Positions 18,386 through 28,492 of a stretch of DNA of 64,000 nt are shown one piece after another (within the stretch, counting starts at the first letter, position 1; each line of letters begins with the position of its first letter). Origin of the DNA: an uncultured Candidatus Micrarchaeota archaeon (GTDB lineage: Archaea > Micrarchaeota > Micrarchaeia > Anstonellales > Bilamarchaeaceae). The position numbers and the translations under genes are program-made. The DNA lies in the NCBI GenBank assembly GCA_963714085.1, contig OY970229.1, positions 608,001-672,000 of the forward strand, in the 5' to 3' direction. The notes beneath the pieces are model-generated. The model saw only the letters and a program-made list of their open reading frames with translations, had not been told where the DNA came from and made no database searches.

Positions 18386-18435
18386 CTGGGAGTCACCGAC
18401 ATGATATTGATATTCCATGCGGATTTTAAATCCGA

Positions 18436-21400
18436 CTACCGGTACATCAGAGACGAATTCTTGAACTTCTCAATATGCTCCAGGTGCTCCTTGCGGGTTA
18501 TGGGCATCACCTGCTTGAGCGCGGCCTGGAAGTGCTTGGATCTCACCTTCTTGGCCCCCTCGCGTATCGCGGACATGCCAGCCTCCCGCACCACGTTCTC
18601 CATGTCGGCTCCGGTGTAGCCGTCCGCGAGCCTGGCTATCTCAGGCAGCGAAACGTCGCTGTCCAGGGGCATCCTGGCGGTGTGTATCTTCATTATCGCG
18701 AGACGGGCAGCCTCGTCCGGGCGCGCTATCTCTATTATCCGGTCGAACCTTCCCGCGCGCAGCAGCGCGGAATCCAGGATGTCCGGGCGATTTGTATTGT
18801 GTAGAAGTATCGGCGTGTCTCCTCCAAAAAAAGCTTCGTTATCGCAGCCGCATAGATCGTAAACATAGCACTCATGGGCTATTTTCTTAATCTCTTTAAT
18901 CACCGACCGCTTTACCAACTGTCTTCCAGTATTTTTCAAAAAGGGATTACCGGACTTCCCTATGCCGAGGCGGTAAGCCGTGGTTTCTTTGAGCGGTTTG
19001 CCACCGTTGATTTTTCTCCCTGCTTTTACGATAAAGGTACCGACATACGACTTTATCCCATGCATTCTGCATAACCAGTTTAGCTCTATTATCAGCCTTT
19101 TGCTTACCGAGGTCACTTGGAGCTTTCCGTCTTTGGCTATGTAACCATCGCCCTGGACGTACGCCTTAAAAAATTCCAAGAAGTATTCCCTCGGAGCCTC
19201 GAATAAAAACGGTGGTAGATGCTTATTCTTCGCTCCTTTTCCGACATGTCTGATAAAAAATCTGGCGAGGGGGCTTGAGTGATAGGTTACGTTAACCGCA
19301 TTTTTGGTTATTGTACGCACTCTATCAGGCTCTAACCCAAAAACTTCTTTCATCGATCCCTTCAGATCGCTAACAAGGTTTTTCTCATCGATACCAAAAC
19401 AGAAATCCAGCTCTTTTCGGGCATATCCTTCTGAGGCATAAAAACCGAATAAGCGCATTAACGATGGCGTTACTTTGACTTTTTCTTGGAGTGCGTGTTT
19501 GAAATATTTCTTGCTCAAACCACGGGGCAATGACCCATGCATCCAATTTGAAACCGTCGTTTGGGTAACGCCTATCCGGGACGCTGTTTCTGCTTGAGAC
19601 AATTTCGATGCAATCGCAAATTCATAGGCTTCTTCCAGATTTTCATCAAACTCGAATAGCGGCAATTCAAGACTGATATCGTTTTTAAAATCATGATCCC
19701 TGACTTCTCGCACTTTATTGTTTGTTCGAACAGTATATGGGATATCGACCAGATACTGGCCTACTTTCAAGTCGGAGACGCGCTTCGGTTCTATGCCTCT
19801 TTTTGTTCTGACAAAAACGGAATGGCTACCGGTAGCTCTTATCGTACCGCCTAAAAACCGGATTTCGTATATTTCTTTTACCTTATGCCTATAGACCCCC
19901 CGAATGCTCTTGAATGAGCTTTGACCGAATCTTAGGCCGTTTTTCCGTTTATCTTTCCTCTTTTCAAAACCCAAAGATTCGACTCCATATACGGGTTTTT
20001 CAACACCTTCCTCGTCTTCCTCGTAATAAGAATCGACAAATTCACCGATATCTAAAAGTCTTGGACCGTTATAATCTTTGATTAAAATGGGCGTATCCCC
20101 CATAACGCTGGCCCCTATGACGACCACGTTCTTGAGCGACTTGAGCCCGTCTATCTCGGTGAGGAACGTGTCCACGAGCCTCTCGGTCACGCGAGTGCCA
20201 TCCCCGCCGGAGCCGGACCTGAATGGCGCGATGGCGTCTATCTCGTCCACGAAGAGTATGCACGGGGCGGCCATCCTCGCCTTCTTGAATATCTCGCGCA
20301 CGGTCTTCTCGGACTCGCCCACGTACTTGCTGAGCACCTGCGCGCCGGATATGGATATGAAGTTCGCCTCGGTCTCGTGCGCCACCGCTTTGGCTAGAAG
20401 AGTCTTGCCGGTCCCTGGCGGGCCGTAGAGCAGTATGCCCTTCAACGGCCTCACGCCCATGCGCTCGAACAGCTCCGGCGATTTAAGCGGCAGCTCGACC
20501 GCCTCGCGCAATTCTTTTTTCACGGATTCCAGCCCGCCGATGTCTTCCCACTTGGTGGTCGGCCGCTCCACGAACACCTCGCGCAATGCAGATGGCATGA
20601 TCTCCCGCAGCCCGTTGAAGAAGTCGTCCCGCGTGACTTTCAGCTTGTCGAGTATCTCCGGCGCTATGAAATCCTGCCTGAGGTCTATCTCGGGAAGCAC
20701 GCGGCGCAGCGCCTTTATGGCGGCTTCCTTGGTGAGAAGGGAGAGGTCCGCGCCGGTGTAGCCGTGGGTGATTCCTGCCAGCTCGTCCAGCGAGACGTCC
20801 TTGTCGAGCGGCATGTTCCGCACGTGGATATGCAATATCTCCAGCCTGCCCTTGACGTCCGGGACCCCGATCTCTATCTCCCGGTCGAACCTCCCCGGTC
20901 GCCTCAGCGCCGGGTCTATCGCGTCCTCGCGGTTCGTGGCCCCTATGATTATCAATTCCCCCCTTGCCTTGAGCCCGTCCAGGAGCGTCAGCAATTGGGA
21001 GACCAGCCGCTTCTCGACCTCGCCTAAGACCTCGCTCCTTTTAGGTGCGATGGCATCGATCTCGTCTATGAATATTATGGACGGCGCGTTCTCCTGCGCC
21101 TCCTGGAATATCTTCCGCAGCCGCTCCTCGCTCTCTCCGACGAATTTCGATACTACCTCCGGGCCGCCTATGTAATAGAAATTGGCGTCCGATTCGTTCG
21201 CCACGGCCTTGGCCATGAGAGTCTTCCCGGTCCCCGGTGAGCCGTAGAGCAGCACTCCCTTTGGCGGGTCTATGCCCAGGCGCTCGAATATCTCAGGATG
21301 GCGCAGAGGGAGCTCCACCATCTCGCGGAGCTTCTGTATGGCGTCTTTCAGTCCCCCGACATCATCGTAGGTGACATTCGGTATGGCCTCGAGGTCCTTG

Positions 21401-21894
21401 ACCGGCTCCAGCACGATCTTGAGCTCGGTCTTCTCCCCTATGATCACCGGACCCTGGGGGAACACCTGTGACACGATCAATGGAATCGAAGTGCCGAATA
21501 TGCCCACTGGAAGCAGGTTGCCTTTCAGCACGGGCTTTCCCACGAGCCGTTTCTTCACATACTGGTCGAAGCCAGGCGAGAACCTCACCTGCTCCCTAGG
21601 CGCGAGCACGATCTTCTTAGCCTCCTTCGCCTGTACGGGCTCCACCTTCACCCTGTCGCCGAGGCCCACGCCGGCGTTCTGGCGCAGGATGCCGTCCATG
21701 CGGATCATCTCCAGCCCCTCGTCCTCGGGGTGTGCCTGCCATACGATGGCGAGCGCCGCCTTCTTGCCGCTAAGCCGGACTATGTCGCCGGTTGCCACTC
21801 CCAGTTCCTTCTTTGCCTTCGAGTCTATGCGGATTATGCCCCTGCCTATGTCGTTCTGGAACGATTCCGCCACTTTCGGGGTGATTAGCGCCAT
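18436..21894 (-). CDS. cdc48: CDC48/VAT AAA+ ATPase, intein-containing
   Basis: Two AAA modules (GSPGTGKT, GPPGTGKT); C-terminal HbYX (MYR). Confidence 0.97.
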   Translation of the reverse strand: MALITPKVAESFQNDIGRGIIRIDSKAKKELGVATGDIVRLSGKKAALAIVWQAHPEDEGLEMIRMDGILRQNAGVGLGDRVKVEPVQAKEAKKIVLAPREQVRFSPGFDQYVKKRLVGKPVLKGNLLPVGIFGTSIPLIVSQVFPQGPVIIGEKTELKIVLEPVKDLEAIPNVTYDDVGGLKDAIQKLREMVELPLRHPEIFERLGIDPPKGVLLYGSPGTGKTLMAKAVANESDANFYYIGGPEVVSKFVGESEERLRKIFQEAQENAPSIIFIDEIDAIAPKRSEVLGEVEKRLVSQLLTLLDGLKARGELIIIGATNREDAIDPALRRPGRFDREIEIGVPDVKGRLEILHIHVRNMPLDKDVSLDELAGITHGYTGADLSLLTKEAAIKALRRVLPEIDLRQDFIAPEILDKLKVTRDDFFNGLREIMPSALREVFVERPTTKWEDIGGLESVKKELREAVELPLKSPELFERMGVRPLKGILLYGPPGTGKTLLAKAVAHETEANFISISGAQVLSKYVGESEKTVREIFKKARMAAPCILFVDEIDAIAPFRSGSGGDGTRVTERLVDTFLTEIDGLKSLKNVVVIGASVMGDTPILIKDYNGPRLLDIGEFVDSYYEEDEEGVEKPVYGVESLGFEKRKDKRKNGLRFGQSSFKSIRGVYRHKVKEIYEIRFLGGTIRATGSHSVFVRTKRGIEPKRVSDLKVGQYLVDIPYTVRTNNKVREVRDHDFKNDISLELPLFEFDENLEEAYEFAIASKLSQAETASRIGVTQTTVSNWMHGSLPRGLSKKYFKHALQEKVKVTPSLMRLFGFYASEGYARKELDFCFGIDEKNLVSDLKGSMKEVFGLEPDRVRTITKNAVNVTYHSSPLARFFIRHVGKGAKNKHLPPFLFEAPREYFLEFFKAYVQGDGYIAKDGKLQVTSVSKRLIIELNWLCRMHGIKSYVGTFIVKAGRKINGGKPLKETTAYRLGIGKSGNPFLKNTGRQLVKRSVIKEIKKIAHECYVYDLCGCDNEAFFGGDTPILLHNTNRPDILDSALLRAGRFDRIIEIARPDEAARLAIMKIHTARMPLDSDVSLPEIARLADGYTGADMENVVREAGMSAIREGAKKVRSKHFQAALKQVMPITRKEHLEHIEKFKNSSLMYR
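18796..20109 (-). mobile_element. intein (438 aa) with LAGLIDADG homing endonuclease and internal HTH
   Basis: IGA|SVMGDT...ILLHN|TNRPD; block B TGSHSVF; LFGFYASEG and FFKAYVQGDG; visibly lower GC than the exteins. Confidence 0.93.
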
Positions 21895-21898
21895 TTGA

Positions 21899-22864
21899 TC
21901 ATCTTTCGACTATTGTGCGGCCGTCCTTCTCCTTGACCCGGACCGCGACGCTGCTATTAACCATGGCGTTCTTTTTAAGGGTTACAGCAGTCGTGAGCTT
22001 TATGTCATCGGCCAGCTCCACGCCCATGAACCTGAGCGCGTCCTCCCGGCCGAACGACGCCGCCTTGCCGCCGACCGTGACTTTGAGCGAATCGGCATCC
22101 GCCTCCATGGACTCCACCTTGCCGAGAAGCATGCGCTCCTTCCTGCGCACGAGCAGCCTGGCGTCCTCGGAGAGCTCCAGCCTGTTGTCTTTTTCAAGCG
22201 CGGATTCGATGATGATCTCGTCGCCCGACTGCAGCGACCTGCCGCGCTCCGGCCTGCCCCAGATGACCACCTGGACCTCCTTGGAGCCGTCCGAGACGTT
22301 GAACGAGAATCCGGGCATGGCGCTGGTGCCGCTCACGTAGCGGTCGAACCCATGGACGCGGGACACGAAGCCCTGTACGTGGTGGAACTCGCCCGGGGAG
22401 AGGGAATCCAGCTTGGAGAAAGGCGAGCGCGATTTGAGCTCCAGCATGCCGGAATAGCCCAGATGCAGCTCGCCGCCCTTCTCATAGGCGCCCCTCACCA
22501 GCACGGAATCCTTGGTCCGCAGCCCGTTCGCGAGCTTCACGTCCTCGTTCCAGAGTATCAGCGGGACCATGCCGGCGCCGTCCTCCATCTCCACCACGCG
22601 GCTCCTCTTCCCGGAGCTGTAATCCGCCACCGGCCAGATTTTCTTTACGGTCGCCTCTATCGATATCTTTTTGCCTCCTTTGGGTATCGCGGAGATGGCG
22701 ACTTTCTTCTCCTCCTCCACCTTGAGCAGGCCCTTTTCCCTGGCGATGAGCTTCATCGCCACCTCGCGGGTGAGCAGGCCGTGGAACTGGCTGATCTTCA
22801 CTGCCACCTGCTCCTCGAGCTGCTCCTTGGAGAGCGATTCGAGGAGGAGAGATTCGTAATCCAT
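21899..22864 (-). CDS. RPA-like OB-fold ssDNA-binding protein
   Basis: N-terminal GLLT.E.A helix bundle and two OB folds (D..G...L.LW). Confidence 0.75.
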   Translation of the reverse strand: MDYESLLLESLSKEQLEEQVAVKISQFHGLLTREVAMKLIAREKGLLKVEEEKKVAISAIPKGGKKISIEATVKKIWPVADYSSGKRSRVVEMEDGAGMVPLILWNEDVKLANGLRTKDSVLVRGAYEKGGELHLGYSGMLELKSRSPFSKLDSLSPGEFHHVQGFVSRVHGFDRYVSGTSAMPGFSFNVSDGSKEVQVVIWGRPERGRSLQSGDEIIIESALEKDNRLELSEDARLLVRRKERMLLGKVESMEADADSLKVTVGGKAASFGREDALRFMGVELADDIKLTTAVTLKKNAMVNSSVAVRVKEKDGRTIVER

Positions 22865-22906
22865 GGAGGTTTCTAGCTTTGAACCATTAAAAACGTTGCC
22901 TGGCTA

Positions 22907-23953
22907 ATGCTTCCCATGCGCGCCATGTCAAGCCTGGAATACGCGGCAGTAGTGCAAGAGCTCCAGGCTCTGGTGGGGAAGAGGTTCGGCCGCATGAGGC
23001 GGCTTCCTGGCGGCATCTACAGGATGAAGATAGGGGACGCCGAGATAATCATAGAGCCTGGAGTAAGGCTCCATAGGACGAAGTATATGGAGGAGGCCGA
23101 GACCCAGGACCAGCTTGCGCAGAAGGCTGATTCGGAGCTGGAGAACGCGAAGCTCGCCTCCGTACGCCAGGTGAACGACGACCGCATAGTGGAGTTCGGA
23201 TTCGAGGCGAGGAAAACCGAGTCCGGGCGCGCTGCGATCGTCTTCGAGATGTTCGGAAAGGGGAACGCGGTCCTCGTGGAGAACGGAGTGACTCTCGCTG
23301 CCATGAAGGAGGAGAGCTGGGCTGACCGGGAGATAAGGAAGGGCAGGGCGTATGCATACCCGAAACCGAACAACGTCCCCACGTTCCGCGAGGCGCTCTC
23401 CGACAGGTACGTAATCATCGCGCTGCTCAAGCTCCCCCTGGGGAAGGAGTACGCCCAGGAGATCCTCTCGCGCTGCGGAATCCCGGAGAAGACTCCAGGG
23501 ACGGAACTGACCGCGAAGCAGGCGGAACGCATCGAGGCCGAGGTCGCAGCTGTGCGCGGGGCGCAGTCCCCTTTGGTTTTCTATGAAGGCGGGAAGCCGG
23601 TGGATTACGGGCTCGCCCCATTCGCGAAATACGCGGAATCCAGGGCCTTCAGTACCATCAACGAGGCGCTAGACGAGTTCTACTGGAGCGCGGAGCACGA
23701 GGTGCGGAACCCTGAACTGGAGAAGCTCGAGCGCAGGCTTGAGGAGCAGGAGAAGCGGATGACTGAGCTGGAGAGGGAGGAGGCGCTGCACAAGACCGAT
23801 GGCGATTACATATACGCTAATTACGAGGCTATCGAACGCGTGCTGAAGGAGGCCAGGGCCGTGCCCCTCGACGAGCTGGAGAAAAAACTGGCTAAACTTA
23901 AGCCAAAGGTGGATAAAAAAGAGAAAAGTATGGAGATCGAGCTGGATCAGTAG
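22907..23953 (+). CDS. NFACT/Rqc2 family protein, C-terminally short
   Basis: DDRIVEF, EMFGKGN, HhH and coiled coil; ends before NFACT-R. Confidence 0.85.
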   Translation: MLPMRAMSSLEYAAVVQELQALVGKRFGRMRRLPGGIYRMKIGDAEIIIEPGVRLHRTKYMEEAETQDQLAQKADSELENAKLASVRQVNDDRIVEFGFEARKTESGRAAIVFEMFGKGNAVLVENGVTLAAMKEESWADREIRKGRAYAYPKPNNVPTFREALSDRYVIIALLKLPLGKEYAQEILSRCGIPEKTPGTELTAKQAERIEAEVAAVRGAQSPLVFYEGGKPVDYGLAPFAKYAESRAFSTINEALDEFYWSAEHEVRNPELEKLERRLEEQEKRMTELEREEALHKTDGDYIYANYEAIERVLKEARAVPLDELEKKLAKLKPKVDKKEKSMEIELDQ

Positions 23954-24369
23954 GTCGGCTCGCTCTTGTTCAGCAGGTAGGGCTTGAGGAGCTCGTTGGC
24001 TTTCTTCGGCTTGTCGACAAGTATGCCGAGCACGGTCTCCCTGCCGTCCCTTGACAGCGTCTGGACGTTCTCGATATTGATGCCTTCCTTTGCCAGGGAG
24101 GTCGTTATCTTGCTGAGCTCCCCTGGCTCGTCCGGGAGCCTCACCACTATCATGTTCGACTCTGTGACCGTATAGCCGGAGGCCTCGAGCACCTGCCTGG
24201 CCTTCTCGCTGTCCGGCACCGTGAGTATCACGACAGCTTTCTTGGCGACCACGTCGACCGAAAGCGCGTCGATGTTGACCTTCGCCTTGCCGAGTATGTA
24301 GGAGATATCCGCAAGGAGGCCTACCTTATCATCCGCGATTATGGTTATGGACTTCATATCTTTCAACAC
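23947..24369 (-). CDS. double ACT domain protein
   Basis: DKVGLLA.I and D.PGEL..I...LA..GINI motifs. Confidence 0.88.
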   Translation of the reverse strand: MLKDMKSITIIADDKVGLLADISYILGKAKVNIDALSVDVVAKKAVVILTVPDSEKARQVLEASGYTVTESNMIVVRLPDEPGELSKITTSLAKEGINIENVQTLSRDGRETVLGILVDKPKKANELLKPYLLNKSEPTY

Positions 24370-24374
24370 CTTTT

Positions 24375-24776
24375 TTATATCTCGCTGGAAGCGAGGTAAT
24401 CATGCAATATCTTCGCCGCTGGCTCGGGCTTGTCAACGACCATGGAGAGCATGGTTGTCTTGCCGTCCCGGCTCACCATGTTCACCTTGTCGATATGGAT
24501 GCCTTCCTGCGCCAGCATGCTGGCCAGCCGGTTGAACTCGCCGGGCTTGTCGTCAAGCCGTATCATGACGCAGTTGTCGTCGGCGACCTTGTAGCCTGCC
24601 TTCCCGAGCGCCGATTTGGCGCGCTCCGAATCTGCCACCACGAGCCCGACTATGGCCTTCTTGCCCACCACATCGAAATGCAGGGCCTCTATGTTTATGT
24701 CCTTCTTCGCCAAGGCGTAGGATATCTCGGCGAGAAGCCCCACCTTGTCCTCTGAAACCACCGTTATCTGCTTCAT
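24375..24776 (-). CDS. double ACT domain protein (tandem paralogue)
   Basis: Same motifs as its neighbour. Confidence 0.88.
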   Translation of the reverse strand: MKQITVVSEDKVGLLAEISYALAKKDINIEALHFDVVGKKAIVGLVVADSERAKSALGKAGYKVADDNCVMIRLDDKPGEFNRLASMLAQEGIHIDKVNMVSRDGKTTMLSMVVDKPEPAAKILHDYLASSEI

Positions 24777-24795
24777 CCCATCCCCCCCTTGCAGA

Positions 24796-25101
24796 TTATA
24801 GACGATAGAGCTGGATATGCGGCGTTTTATTTATATACATAACGTCGGACTGCCTGGCCAGGCCCGCCGCCAAAGCGGCTGCGACCGCCCTTGGGCCGAC
24901 CAGGTTCGCCGAGCTGAAACCGGCGAGCGAGCGCCCGAGCTCGTCGGCAGACACGAGCTCTCCCTCGTAGAAGCTTCGGTATGCCTTCAGATCGAGACAG
25001 GCCCTGCCGTCGTCAAGCACGGAACCGAGCAGCTCCCGGTCGCATGCCGCGACGATCTTCCCCTGGCGGGTGTCGTGTATCTTCAGGTACATCGTTTCCA
25101 T
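24796..25101 (-). CDS. DUF424 family protein
   Basis: VAACD.ELLG, FY.G and ANLVG motifs. Confidence 0.85.
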   Translation of the reverse strand: METMYLKIHDTRQGKIVAACDRELLGSVLDDGRACLDLKAYRSFYEGELVSADELGRSLAGFSSANLVGPRAVAAALAAGLARQSDVMYINKTPHIQLYRL

Positions 25102-25129
25102 GTGCACCGCCAACGATTAAAAACATGAC

Positions 25130-25795
25130 TCACAGAATCCCGGCCGCGGAATTCAGTATGAGCACGCCGAACATGACCACGAACATGACGAACACGAGGA
25201 TGTTCGCCAGCTTGACGAGGCCTATGACGTCGGATATGGACTGCTTCGCATCCGCGAGGCTGGCACGTTCGTTCGCGATGTCCGCATTTATGGAGTCCAC
25301 GGACGCCTTCAGCCCGGTCAGGTTGCCCCAATGGTCCGCCAGGCTGCCGGCCTGCTGCAGCTGTTGCGCCCCCTGGATGATCTGATCCCCGGAGGAGGTG
25401 AGTTGCGCCCCGTACTGGCTCATCCCGGGGATGATGGTGATCTGTGAGATTGATGCGCCGAATTGCTGCATGGTGAGGCCTGTCCCGTTCATGCCTTCGG
25501 ATAGCGAATTCACGGAGCTGTTGATGTCGGCGAAGGTCGCGTTCATGGAGCCAATCTCGGAGTCGAGCGAGGACACCGTTTGGCCGGTGTCGTCGAGCAG
25601 CGCGGATATGCCGTCGATGTTCGTGTTTATGGACGTCTGCATCTTGTCGAGGGCGTCGTTTATCACGAAGGCCAGCACCAACGCTATGAGTATGCCTAAC
25701 CCGCTGAGCGCCATGCCCACTGCGTAGGTCGGCTTCTTGAGGTGGCTGAGGCGGAATCCGTCTTCTTCCTCAGGGTCGCTTCCTTTTTTTGGCAT
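25130..25795 (-). CDS. two-TM protein with long amphipathic extracellular helices
   Basis: TM, heptad-like region, TM. Confidence 0.7.
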   Translation of the reverse strand: MPKKGSDPEEEDGFRLSHLKKPTYAVGMALSGLGILIALVLAFVINDALDKMQTSINTNIDGISALLDDTGQTVSSLDSEIGSMNATFADINSSVNSLSEGMNGTGLTMQQFGASISQITIIPGMSQYGAQLTSSGDQIIQGAQQLQQAGSLADHWGNLTGLKASVDSINADIANERASLADAKQSISDVIGLVKLANILVFVMFVVMFGVLILNSAAGIL

Positions 25796-25845
25796 GGGGA
25801 AGCTCCGGTTTCATAATTTAAAAAACATGCAGTAGAAAGGGAGTC

Positions 25846-26421
25846 ATGCGGTTCATGCTCGCACTGGCCATAGCCGCCATGCTCCTGGCGATAACCGGCT
25901 GCGTATCCCCCGGGGCAGAGGCGCCAGCCGTGAACTCCACTGTTCCTGCGAATCTTTCGCCTCAGACCACGAACCCGAACAGCACGGCTCCGGAAAACAT
26001 GACAGCAAACCTTACCGTGCAGTCCAATGCCACGAATGCTTCTGGAAATCCTACCGCCAACCTCACCGTGCCTACGAATGCCGGCGCCGTGCAAAACGTG
26101 AGCTCTAACGTGACCGTGCCTGCCAATGCTACCAGCCCGGTGGAGAGCAATGCCACTCGGAACGCCAGCGGGACCGTTTTTGGTGATGGGGAGTACTCCA
26201 TCTACGTGGATGACCTGTCGACCGCGACCGGACAGGTCTGCGCGCTGCTGAGCGTCCATTACGCATCGAACGATTCGATCATAACGAAACTGGAGATATG
26301 CCCCGGGGAATCGGAGAACTGGGTAGATCCCGGAGGCCGGGTTTTCAGGATTGTGGTCCTGAAAACCGCGGCAGGCTACTCCGGTAGCACGGGTTGGGCG
26401 CAGGTGGAGATCTTCGGCTGA
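25846..26421 (+). CDS. lipoprotein with N-glycosylation-sequon-rich linker
   Basis: ITGC lipobox; many N-x-T/S sequons. Confidence 0.75.
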   Translation: MRFMLALAIAAMLLAITGCVSPGAEAPAVNSTVPANLSPQTTNPNSTAPENMTANLTVQSNATNASGNPTANLTVPTNAGAVQNVSSNVTVPANATSPVESNATRNASGTVFGDGEYSIYVDDLSTATGQVCALLSVHYASNDSIITKLEICPGESENWVDPGGRVFRIVVLKTAAGYSGSTGWAQVEIFG

Positions 26422-26443
26422 TGGGCTAGGGGAAACCCAGCGC

Positions 26444-26797
26444 CTACTTTTTCTCTCTGCTTGCCGCCTTCCCGGCTTCGCCTTTCTCCTCCCGACTCTC
26501 CTGAGATTTGGCGAACATGACTGGCACGAGCGATATTATCACGTAGAACAGGACGGCCAGGACCACCAGGTTTATCGCTCCTGAGACGAGGCCGCTGCTC
26601 CCGAACGACCCTCCTGCCATGGCACCCCTGCCGGCCGCTCCTGCGTACTGGCTGGCGGCTCCGGCGTACTGGTCCGCGCTCCTCGGAACGATGAGTCCCG
26701 AGACGATCCTCGAGACGAACCCGCCCACGTAGCTCGCGGCGAGAAGGAGGACGGTCCCCACTACGTTGCTTTTATTCGGTTTCAGAGCTGATAACAT
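26444..26797 (-). CDS. two-TM membrane protein
   Basis: Hydrophobic helices; QYAGAA repeated twice. Confidence 0.65.
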   Translation of the reverse strand: MLSALKPNKSNVVGTVLLLAASYVGGFVSRIVSGLIVPRSADQYAGAASQYAGAAGRGAMAGGSFGSSGLVSGAINLVVLAVLFYVIISLVPVMFAKSQESREEKGEAGKAASREKK

Positions 26798-26851
26798 CCA
26801 AACACCCCTTGTTTTTATTCATTTAACGAAAGCGGATGCGCCCCCATGCGG

Positions 26852-27412
26852 CTAATCATTTGAGGTGATCTGCGGGTTGCCGCGATGGGGGTGGTGCATC
26901 CTGCCTGCGAAACCCATTCCGGCACCCATGCCGGAGATGGACCGGTTCCCGATGCCGAGCTCCTGGTCCAGCTTCAGGGCCAGGTTGCTCATGTCGGAAT
27001 AGTCAGCGAATGTGGTCTCGTTCAGCTTCCCGAACAGCGGACCGCCCAGCCCGTACTGCGTGTGGAGCTGCTCCGCGGTCTGGTAGTCCCCGTTCAGGAC
27101 CGCCTGCTGGAAGTCGCTTATTTCGGTGGCGTTGGCATGCTGCGTGGCGTTCGTAGCGCCCCAAGTGCCGTTCTGGAAGGATTGGTTGACGCCATAGCGG
27201 CCGAATCCGCCCCGCATGCCGCGCATCGGACCGCACCCATTCCATGTGCCGTTCTGCATCGAACCGTTGCGGCCCTGCCAGGCACCATTCTGAATCGAAG
27301 CGTTGTGATTCAGCCAGCTATTCAATCCCGCATGCAGGCCGGGCATCGCGTAAACCACTCCTACGAAAGCGAGAGAGGCCACCAACACGATTGCCAATAT
27401 CTTCATGTCCAT
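26852..27412 (-). CDS. secreted G/M/N-rich protein
   Basis: Signal peptide ending VYA; QNG.W repeats. Confidence 0.7.
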   Translation of the reverse strand: MDMKILAIVLVASLAFVGVVYAMPGLHAGLNSWLNHNASIQNGAWQGRNGSMQNGTWNGCGPMRGMRGGFGRYGVNQSFQNGTWGATNATQHANATEISDFQQAVLNGDYQTAEQLHTQYGLGGPLFGKLNETTFADYSDMSNLALKLDQELGIGNRSISGMGAGMGFAGRMHHPHRGNPQITSND

Positions 27413-27488
27413 AATCCCACCTTATTGAAACTCTAATGTAACCTTAAAGTAGCTTCAATTTAAAAAGCTTTTGTTCGAACAAAGGACC

Positions 27489-28490
27489 ATGGAATACGCC
27501 GTCAGCGTGAAAAAGCTCTCGAAAAAATACGGGGATTTCCTCGCCCTGGACAAAGTGGACCTGGACGTCGAGGCGGGAGAGCTCTTCGCGCTGCTGGGGC
27601 CCAACGGAGCCGGCAAGACGACGCTCATGCGCATACTCACCACCCAGCTCGAGCCCAGCGGCGGGGAGGCGTTCGTGCTCGGCAAGAACGTGGTCAGCCA
27701 AGGCGCGGATGTCAGGCGCCTCGTGAGCTATGTGCCGCAGGAGATGAGCGTGTGGACGGAAATCAGCGGCTATGAGAACCTGCTCATCTATTCGAAGATA
27801 TACGGGGTGCCGGCGTCTGATAGGAAGAAACTCATAGCTGATGCCCTCGCGCTCATGGAACTGGAGGATGTGGCGAACCATCTAGTCAGCACGTACTCCG
27901 GCGGAATGATACGCAAGCTCGAGCTCGCATCGGCCACCATGATAAATCCCGGCATGCTTTTCCTGGACGAGCCGACCATCGGGCTCGACCCGTCCACAAG
28001 GAAGACTGTATGGGAGAGGCTCAAGACCCTGAACCGGGAGCGCGGGATCAACGTGTTTTTCAGCACCCATTATATGGACGAGGCCGGGACCTACGCGGAC
28101 AAGATAGGGATAATCAACCGCGGGAGGGTGGTCACGGTCGCTTCGCCCGAGGACCTCAAGCGCTCGGTGGGCGACGACAGCATAGAGATAGAAACGGATA
28201 TCCCGCTGAGCAAGCGGGCGCTGGACGACCTGAGGGCGCTCGACGGCATCAGCAAGGCGGAAGCCGAAGGCAACACGCTCAGGGTGATGGCCAAGGACAG
28301 CGCCCTTTCCCTCAACTCCATAATCTCCGCGCTCATCGCTGACAAAGTCAATGTGCACAGGGTGAACGCTTCGAAGCCGACCATAGACGACGCATTCCTG
28401 AAATACGCCGGCACCAAGGACATGGAGGGCGGGCAGCGGGGCTCCCTCGCGGAGCTCAAGAGCACGAGAAGGAGGATAGTGAGGGGCTGA
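27489..28490 (+). CDS. ABC exporter ATP-binding subunit (DrrA-like)
   Basis: GPNGAGKT, YSGGM, LDEPT and STH motifs. Confidence 0.95.
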   Translation: MEYAVSVKKLSKKYGDFLALDKVDLDVEAGELFALLGPNGAGKTTLMRILTTQLEPSGGEAFVLGKNVVSQGADVRRLVSYVPQEMSVWTEISGYENLLIYSKIYGVPASDRKKLIADALALMELEDVANHLVSTYSGGMIRKLELASATMINPGMLFLDEPTIGLDPSTRKTVWERLKTLNRERGINVFFSTHYMDEAGTYADKIGIINRGRVVTVASPEDLKRSVGDDSIEIETDIPLSKRALDDLRALDGISKAEAEGNTLRVMAKDSALSLNSIISALIADKVNVHRVNASKPTIDDAFLKYAGTKDMEGGQRGSLAELKSTRRRIVRG

Positions 28491-28492
28491 GC

